Shown here in pieces: positions 35,781 to 42,156 of a stretch of 44,765 bases of DNA (positions are counted from its first letter, which is position 1; each line of letters begins with the position of its first letter). A program made the position numbers and the translations under genes. The notes under the pieces are model-generated. The model did not search any database. It saw only the letters and a list, made by a program, of their open reading frames with translations, and was not told the origin of the DNA. Source of the DNA: Microbacteriaceae bacterium (GTDB taxonomy: Bacteria; Actinomycetota; Actinomycetes; Actinomycetales; Microbacteriaceae); the NCBI GenBank assembly GCA_011620705.1, contig WOYR01000255.1, positions 1-44,765 of the forward strand, in the 5' to 3' direction.

Positions 35781-37230
35781 TCCGAAGGGGTTCCTGAAGA
35801 CCAGGGAGCGGGAGCTGCCGAAGCGCCGCCCGGTTCCGGTGCGCATCATGGACTGGAAGGAGGTCTACGAGGCGCAGGAGCCGGAGCAGCTGCGCCGCCA
35901 GGCCGGTCGCTGCATGGACTGCGGCATCCCGTTCTGCCATCAGGGCTGCCCGCTCGGCAACCTGATCCCTGAGTGGAACGACCTCACCTGGCGCAACGAG
36001 GGCCGCCAGGCCATCGAGCGTCTGCACGCGACCAACAACTTCCCGGAGTTCACCGGGCGGCTGTGCCCTGCCCCCTGCGAGTCCAGCTGCGTTCTGGGCA
36101 TCAACCAGCCCGCCGTCACCATCAAGCAGGTCGAGGTGTCGATCATCGATCAGGCGTTCCAGAACGGCTGGGTCACCCCGCATCCGCCGGAGCGGCTCAC
36201 CGGCAAGACCGTCGCCATCGTCGGCTCCGGTCCCGCGGGACTGGCGGCGGCTCAACAGCTCACCCGGGCCGGCCACACGGTCGCGGTCTTCGAGCGCGAG
36301 GACCGGATCGGCGGGCTGCTGCGCTACGGCATCCCGGACTTCAAGATGGAGAAGAAGCAGATCGAGGCGCGGCTCGCGCAGATGCAGGCAGAGGGCACCC
36401 GGTTCCGGGCCGGCGTCGAGATCGGGGTCGACATCGCCTGGGACGAGCTGAGGTCGCGCTACGACGCCGTCGTGGTCGCGACCGGCGCCATGGTGCCGCG
36501 CGATCTGCCGATCCCCGGCCGTGATCTGCTCGGCGTGCACTACGCCATGGAATACCTGGTCCAGCAGAACAGGGCGGGTGCGGGCGACCAGGTCGTGAAC
36601 CAGCTGACGGCAGAGGGCAAGCATGTGATCGTGCTCGGCGGCGGTGACACCGGTGCCGACTGCATCGGCACCGCGCACCGCCAGGGCGCGCTCAGCGTCA
36701 CCAGCCTCGCGATCGGGGTGCAGCCGCCGAGCGAGCGCCCCGAGCACGAGCCGTGGCCGATGATGCCGAACCTCTTCGAGGTCTCCAGCGCCCACGAGGA
36801 GGGCGGCGAACGGGTCTACCTGGCTTCGACCGTCGAGTTCCTGGCCAACGGGGCCGGCGAGGTGCGCGCGCTGCGCGTGGCCGAGACCGAGTACCTGGAT
36901 GGGCGCCGCGTGCCCAAGTCGGGCACAGAGCGCGAGATCCCGGCCGACCTCGTGCTCCTCGCGCTGGGATTCACGGGTGCCGAGTCCGAGACCATCGACC
37001 AGCAGCTGCATCTGCCATTCGACGAGCGCGGCAACATGGCGCGCGACGAGGACTACCAGAGCTCCGAGTCCGGTGTGTTCGTCGCCGGCGACGCTGGACG
37101 CGGGCAGTCGCTGATCGTCTGGGCCATCGCCGAGGGACGTGCAGCCGCATCCGCCGTCGACCGGTTCCTCGAGGGGGAGACGCGGCTGCCGTCCCCCGTC
37201 CGTCCCACCGACCGCGCGATCGCGGTCTAG
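35773..37230 (+). CDS. gltD: Glutamate synthase small subunit
   Basis: [37 protein letters not shown] and GQSLIVWAI. Confidence 0.97.
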
Positions 37231-37237
37231 GCTTCCC

Positions 37238-37262
37238 GGCGCGCTCTGCCACCGGGCGCGCC
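37238..37262 (+). terminator. GC-rich hairpin after gltD (terminator or 5' hairpin of pyk mRNA)
   Basis: GGCGCGCTC (37238-37246) pairs with GGGCGCGCC (37254-37262); no U-tract. Confidence 0.4.
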
Positions 37263-37284
37263 TCCACCACCAACGAAGGAAGTC

Positions 37285-38742
37285 ATGAGACGAGCCAAGA
37301 TCGTCGCAACACTCGGGCCCGCGACCTCGAGCTACGAGAACATCCGCGCCGTCATCGAGGCCGGGGTGAACGTCGCGCGGATCAATCTGAGCCACGGCAG
37401 CTACGAGGTGCACGACGAGGTCTACGCGAACGTGCGCAAGGCGGCCGCAGATACCGGGATCCCGGTCGCGGTGCTCGTGGACCTCCAGGGCCCGAAGATC
37501 CGGCTCGGCAAGTTCGAGGCGGGGCCGTACGAGCTCGCCGTCGGCGACATCTTCACGATCACCACCGAGGAGGTCGTCGGCACCAAGGACCTCGTCGGCA
37601 CCACCTTCAAGGGCTTGCCCCAGGACGTCGCGCCCGGCGACTTCCTGCTCATCGACGACGGCAAGGTGAAGGTGAAGGTGCTGGCCAGCGACGGGACGCG
37701 CGTGCGCACCGAGGTCGTGGTCTCCGGTCCGGTCTCCAACAACAAGGGGATCAACCTGCCGGGCGTCGCGGTGAATGTGCCCGCGCTGTCGGAGAAGGAT
37801 GAAGCCGATCTGCGCTGGGGCCTCAAGCTCGGCGCCGACTACATCGCCCTCTCCTTCGTGCGGGATGCCGCCGACATCACCCGCGTGCACGAGATCATGG
37901 CCGAGGAGGGCCGCAGGATCCCGGTGATCGCCAAGATCGAGAAGCCGCAGGCCGTCGACCACCTCGAGGAGATCATCGACGCCTTCGACGGCATCATGGT
38001 CGCCCGCGGCGACCTCGGCGTCGAGTTGCCGCTCGAAGCCGTGCCGATCGTGCAGAAGCACGCTGTCGAACTGTCCCGTCGCATGGCCAAGCCCGTCATC
38101 GTCGCGACCCAGATGCTCGAATCCATGATCTCCAGCCCCGTCCCGACCCGCGCCGAGACCTCGGATGTCGCGAACGCGGTGCTCGACGGCGCGGACGCGG
38201 TGATGCTCTCCGGCGAGACGAGCGTCGGCGAGTACCCGGTCGTCACCGTGTCCACCATGGCGAGGATCGTCGCCTCCACCGAGGATCACGGCCTGGAGCG
38301 CATTCCTCCGCTGGGCACGAAGCCCCGCACCCAGGGGGGCGCGATCACGCTCGCGGCGGCCGAGGTCGCCGACTTCGTCGACGCCAAGTACGTCTGCGTG
38401 TTCACGGAGTCCGGCGACTCGGCGCGCCGCATGTCGCGGCTGCGCTTCCGCATCCCGATGAAGGCGTTCACGCCCGAGGAGGCGATCCGCCGCCGCATGG
38501 CGCTCACCTGGGGCATCGAGTCCTTCCTGGTCGACCGTGTCCCGCACACCGACGCCATGTACGAGCAGGTCGACGACATCCTGATCTCGCACGGACTGGC
38601 GGAGGTCGGCGACAAGGTGGTCGTGATCTCCGGATCCCCTCCCGGAATCCCCGGTTCCACCAACGACCTGCGGGTGCATGTCGTGGGCGGTGCGGTGAAC
38701 GCGGCGATACCGGTGTGGGAGAGCGGCGAGCACGCGGACTGA
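37285..38742 (+). CDS. pyk: Pyruvate kinase
   Basis: KIVATLGPA, RINLSHG, DLQGPKIR, IAKIE, MVARGDLGVE, ATQMLESM and DAVMLSGET; SD AAGGA. Confidence 0.98.
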   Translation: MRRAKIVATLGPATSSYENIRAVIEAGVNVARINLSHGSYEVHDEVYANVRKAAADTGIPVAVLVDLQGPKIRLGKFEAGPYELAVGDIFTITTEEVVGTKDLVGTTFKGLPQDVAPGDFLLIDDGKVKVKVLASDGTRVRTEVVVSGPVSNNKGINLPGVAVNVPALSEKDEADLRWGLKLGADYIALSFVRDAADITRVHEIMAEEGRRIPVIAKIEKPQAVDHLEEIIDAFDGIMVARGDLGVELPLEAVPIVQKHAVELSRRMAKPVIVATQMLESMISSPVPTRAETSDVANAVLDGADAVMLSGETSVGEYPVVTVSTMARIVASTEDHGLERIPPLGTKPRTQGGAITLAAAEVADFVDAKYVCVFTESGDSARRMSRLRFRIPMKAFTPEEAIRRRMALTWGIESFLVDRVPHTDAMYEQVDDILISHGLAEVGDKVVVISGSPPGIPGSTNDLRVHVVGGAVNAAIPVWESGEHAD

Positions 38743-38750
38743 AGCGCATC

Positions 38751-38840
38751 GGGCGCCCCCGTCCGGGGGAGCCCCGCTTGCGGGGTCGCACGCGACCGGC
38801 GTTCGGGGGAGGATCGGGGATGTGCGCATCGGGGATGTGC
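38751..38840. repeat. Clustered hairpins plus a 13-bp direct repeat downstream of pyk
   Basis: GGGCGCCCCC-GTCC-GGGGGAGCCC, CCCCGC-TT-GCGGGG and GGTCGC-AC-GCGACC; ATCGGGGATGTGC at 38813-38825 and 38828-38840. Confidence 0.6.
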
Positions 38841-38868
38841 ACAGCGCACGAATGCCCCGGGGGGACGC

Positions 38869-39639
38869 ATGACCGACATCATCACGCCGCAGGCCGGCTG
38901 GTACCCGGATCCGACCGACTCGCGCGCGTACCGCTGGTGGAGCGGCGGCGCCTGGACCGATCATCTGACGGCCGCGCCCTCCGCGGAATCCGTGTGGGCA
39001 ACCGACGGAGCAGGCCGGCAGGTCGCCGACGCCTTCTCCTTCACCGAGCAGGGCCCGAGCCCTTTCAGCTCGAGCTTCGAGCAGAGCTGGGACGGCACGT
39101 CCATGACGCGCGGCTCAGGAGGCAATCGCGCCGGAATGGTGATCGTGGTGATCGGCGTCATCGCCGTCGCGGCCTACCTCGGTTCGCTGGCGCTGGCGTA
39201 CACCACGATCATCCCGCTCATCCCCGGGGTCATCGGGCTCATCGGCGCGGTGCCGGCGTTCCGCCGCGCGCGCATCACCGGTGATGGACTCGCGATCTCC
39301 TTGCTGGGCGTGCTGCTCTCGGGCGCCGCGAGCGTGCTCGCCGTGCTTCCGCTGCTGCCGGGCCTGCTCGGCATGCCGAGCGCCTCGGACATCTCCGCCA
39401 TCAAGCAGACGGTCTCGCACGCGGTGCCGTTCCACACCGACGTCGAGAAGCAGCTCGTCGCGGCTGCTCAGAAGGACTTCGGCCAGACCGGGACCGCCGC
39501 CGCCTGCCCGAGTGACGCGCTCGAGGCCGCCTCCAGCACCTTCAGCTGCACCGAGATCCTCGCGGACGGCACGACCAAGATCGTGAACGTCACCGTCACC
39601 GACGCGAGCGGCACGATCACGTGGAGCCCCGCCAACTGA
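38869..39639 (+). CDS. DUF2510-like membrane protein with C-terminal extracytoplasmic DUF4333-like domain
   Basis: N-terminal AGWYPDP....RWWSG..WT signature; central hydrophobic helices; C-terminal CP..TFSC..VTVTD..G.ITW two-Cys domain. Confidence 0.8.
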   Translation: MTDIITPQAGWYPDPTDSRAYRWWSGGAWTDHLTAAPSAESVWATDGAGRQVADAFSFTEQGPSPFSSSFEQSWDGTSMTRGSGGNRAGMVIVVIGVIAVAAYLGSLALAYTTIIPLIPGVIGLIGAVPAFRRARITGDGLAISLLGVLLSGAASVLAVLPLLPGLLGMPSASDISAIKQTVSHAVPFHTDVEKQLVAAAQKDFGQTGTAAACPSDALEAASSTFSCTEILADGTTKIVNVTVTDASGTITWSPAN

Positions 39640-39640
39640 G

Positions 39641-39723
39641 TGCCGGATGAGGGACTCGAACCCTCACGCCCTTTCGGACAGAGCATTTTGAGTGCCCCGC
39701 GTCTGCCATTCCGCCAATCCGGC
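39641..39723 (-). tRNA. tRNA-Leu(CAA)
   Basis: Minus strand GCCGGATTGGCGGAATGGCAGACGCG-GGGCA-CTCAAAA-TGCTC, long variable arm GTCCGAAAGGGC, T-arm GAGGGTTCGAGTCCCTC, ATCCGGC-A; CCA not encoded. Confidence 0.96.
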
Positions 39724-39772
39724 GCACGCGCCCACGAGCACGGCATCTGGAACGATACCGTAGGCTCCCTCT

Positions 39773-40378
39773 GTGAGTGATGCGCAGGAGACACCCGTCG
39801 CCCCGCGGCGCGTGGTCGTCGCCGAGGACGAATCGCTGATCCGTCTCGACATCGTCGAGATCCTGCGCGACAACGGCTTCGACGTCGTCGGAGAGGCCGG
39901 GGACGGCGAGACGGCGGTCGCACTGGCCACGGAGCTGCGCCCCGATCTGGTGGTCATGGATGTCAAGATGCCTCAGCTGGATGGCATCTCGGCCGCCGAG
40001 AAGCTCGCCAAGAACCACATCGCCCCTGTCGTGCTGCTGACCGCGTTCAGCCAGAAGGAGCTCGTGGAGCGCGCGAGCGAGGCAGGCGCCCTCGCCTATG
40101 TGGTGAAGCCCTTCACCCCCAACGACCTGCTGCCGGCGATCGAGATCGCCCTCAGCCGGTACCAGCAGATCGTGACGCTCGAGGCCGAAGTCGCCGACAT
40201 GGTGGAGCGCTTCGAGACGCGCAAGCTGGTCGACCGCGCCAAGGGCCTGCTCAACGAGAAGATGGGGCTCAGCGAGCCGGAGGCCTTCCGCTGGATCCAG
40301 AAGGCATCCATGGACCGCCGCCTCACCATGCACGATGTCGCTCAGGCGATCATCGACCAGCTGGCCGCGAAGAAGTAG
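39773..40378 (+). CDS. pdtaR: ANTAR-domain response regulator (PdtaR-like)
   Basis: Receiver VVAEDE..VMDVKMP..LTA..VKP plus ANTAR VDRAKGLL..LSEPEAFRWIQKASMD; -10 TAGGCT (39761-39766) 6 nt before GTG; usual position near polA. Confidence 0.92.
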   Translation: MSDAQETPVAPRRVVVAEDESLIRLDIVEILRDNGFDVVGEAGDGETAVALATELRPDLVVMDVKMPQLDGISAAEKLAKNHIAPVVLLTAFSQKELVERASEAGALAYVVKPFTPNDLLPAIEIALSRYQQIVTLEAEVADMVERFETRKLVDRAKGLLNEKMGLSEPEAFRWIQKASMDRRLTMHDVAQAIIDQLAAKK

Positions 40379-40409
40379 CGCCCCGCCCGGTCCTCTCGCG
40401 CCCCCGGAT

Positions 40410-40431
40410 TGTCGGTGGTCCCTGCTTGACT
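40410..40431 (+). promoter_or_regulatory. RecA-NDp/PafBC-type promoter of the DUF222-HNH gene (one mismatch)
   Basis: TGTCGG-N10-TTGACT followed by 6 nt and ATG 40438. Confidence 0.6.
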
Positions 40432-40437
40432 CGGGCC

Positions 40438-41688
40438 ATGGAAGAGATCGACGAACGGGAGCTCGCCGCTGCCCAGGTGCTCGCATTGACGAGCCCCGAG
40501 TTCGCCGACATCCGTATCGATCTCGGGATGGCGCGCGCCGAGTTCGCCTCGGCGGCGGCGGCCCGGCAGACCGCCGACCTGTGGTCGTCGATCGCCGATG
40601 TGCTCGACGACGCGGTTGGACATCCCGAGATCTTCCTCGATTCCCGCGCGCGGCTCAGCGAGAGCGAGCGCCGTGACTACGCGGTGCGCTCCGCGGCCGC
40701 CGACCTCGCCGTCCGGCTCTCGGTCGCCGAGAGCAGCGTGCGGGCATGGGCGAGCGCGGCGCAGACCCTGCGAACAGGCACTCCGCGCATCTGGGCCGCC
40801 TTCCGTGAAGGCGAGGTCTCCGCGGCGAACGCCAGAACCGTCGCCGAGACCGTGAGCGAACTGCCCGCGGATGCCCGCGCCGCCTTCGAGGATGCCGTGC
40901 TGGACGCTGCGACGCGGCTCGCGCCCGCGCGGTTCCGCGCCGTGGCCCGCTCTGCGCGCGAACGCGTTCACGAGGAGGCGATCGCCGAGCGGCATCGACG
41001 CGCGGCCGACGCGCGCCGCGTTGTGGTCGAGGACGACCTCGACGGGATGTCGTGGCTGAGCGTCTACCTGCCGAGCGCGACGGCGCATCGGGCCTTCGCG
41101 GGCATCGACGCGGCGGCGCGCTCGCTCCGGGGTTCGGATGAGCCTCGAACCCTCGATCAGCTGCGAGCGGATGTCGCCGGTGACTTGCTCACCGGCGTGG
41201 CGTCGGGCGCGCCCGCCGGTGTCTCCGTCGCGGTGACGGTTCCGGTGCTGACGCTTCTGGGCGGTGATCAGCCCGGTCTGATGGAGGGTGTCGGGCCGAT
41301 CGATGCCGAGACGGCGCGGAGGCTGGCCGCGAACGCCCCGTCGTTCATCCGGCTGCTCACGCATCCGATCACCGGGGCGGTACTCGAACTCGATCGCACG
41401 ACCTACCGCGTGCCTGCTGACCTGCGACGTGCGCTGCGCCACCGTGACCGGAGCTGCCGCTTCGCCGGCTGCGGTCGTTCCGCTGCGCGCTGCGACATCG
41501 ACCACGTCACCGAGTGGCAGGACGGCGGCAGCACCGATGCGGCCAATCTGATCCATCTGTGCCGACATCACCACAGGCTCAAGTCGGTGGCCACTTGGCG
41601 TGCCCAACCGCCCGACGCGGGTGAGGCGACCGTCAAGTGGACCAGCCCCACCGGGGCCGTGGTGGACGCGGAGCCGCCGCCGTTCTAG
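40438..41688 (+). CDS. DUF222 (13E12-repeat-like) protein with C-terminal HNH endonuclease motif
   Basis: EPRTLDQLRAD, VTVPVLTLLG, GVGPIDAETARRL, YRVP..LR..RDRSCRFAGC..CDIDH..W..GG.T...NL..LCRHHHRLK and terminal PPPF; ATG 40438 preferred over TTG 40426. Confidence 0.9.
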   Translation: MEEIDERELAAAQVLALTSPEFADIRIDLGMARAEFASAAAARQTADLWSSIADVLDDAVGHPEIFLDSRARLSESERRDYAVRSAAADLAVRLSVAESSVRAWASAAQTLRTGTPRIWAAFREGEVSAANARTVAETVSELPADARAAFEDAVLDAATRLAPARFRAVARSARERVHEEAIAERHRRAADARRVVVEDDLDGMSWLSVYLPSATAHRAFAGIDAAARSLRGSDEPRTLDQLRADVAGDLLTGVASGAPAGVSVAVTVPVLTLLGGDQPGLMEGVGPIDAETARRLAANAPSFIRLLTHPITGAVLELDRTTYRVPADLRRALRHRDRSCRFAGCGRSAARCDIDHVTEWQDGGSTDAANLIHLCRHHHRLKSVATWRAQPPDAGEATVKWTSPTGAVVDAEPPPF

Positions 41689-42110
41689 AGGTCGCGCACC
41701 ATGTTCGTCATCCGCACCGTCGACAGCCGCCTGCCCTGTTCGTCGGTCATCACGATCTCGTGGGTGCACAGTGTGCGGCCGAGCACGAGCGCGCTGCAGG
41801 TTCCGGTCACCCAGCCCTCGGTGATGGAGCGGCTGTGGGTCGCGTTGATCTCGATGCCCACCACGTAGTGCTCCGGCCCGGCGTGGATGGCCGAGGACAT
41901 CGAGCCGAGCGTCTCGCCCAGCACGAGGTGCGCACCGCCGTGCAGCAGCCCGAGCACCTGCGTGTTGCCGTCCACGGGCATGCGCCCGATCGAGTACTCG
42001 GCCGACAGCTCCAGCAGCTCGATCCCCATCCTCCCGGGCAGCGCGCCGCCGCCCGTTCCGACAAGTCGCGAGGCCAGCGAGGGGTCGAGATCCGGCGGAA
42101 GCTTGGTCAC
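41685..42110 (-). CDS. Hotdog-fold (PaaI-like) acyl-CoA thioesterase
   Basis: GNTQVLGLLHGGAH..LGETLGS and VGIEINATH; divergent from polA; SD GGAGAG. Confidence 0.92.
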   Translation of the reverse strand: MTKLPPDLDPSLASRLVGTGGGALPGRMGIELLELSAEYSIGRMPVDGNTQVLGLLHGGAHLVLGETLGSMSSAIHAGPEHYVVGIEINATHSRSITEGWVTGTCSALVLGRTLCTHEIVMTDEQGRRLSTVRMTNMVRDL

Positions 42111-42128
42111 GCTGACTCTCCGGTGTGG

Positions 42129-42150
42129 TGTCAGAACCGGCGGATAGGCT
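42129..42150 (+). promoter_or_regulatory. RecA-NDp/PafBC-type promoter, leaderless polA
   Basis: TGTCAG-N10-TAGGCT followed by 6 nt and GTG 42157. Confidence 0.65.
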
Positions 42151-42156
42151 GGGCGC

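Noticed and set aside
38751-38797. Tandem hairpins as an ANTAR (PdtaR) target RNA
   Set aside because: The six-nt loops (GCTTGC, GCACGC) lack the G1/G4 pattern of ANTAR dual-hairpin motifs, and the stems overlap.
38813-38840. CRISPR-like repeat
   Set aside because: Only two 13-bp copies 2 nt apart, with no spacers and no cas genes.
38743-39723. Integrated element (attL/attR) at tRNA-Leu
   Set aside because: No duplicate of the tRNA 3' end was found by eye, and there is no integrase in the window.
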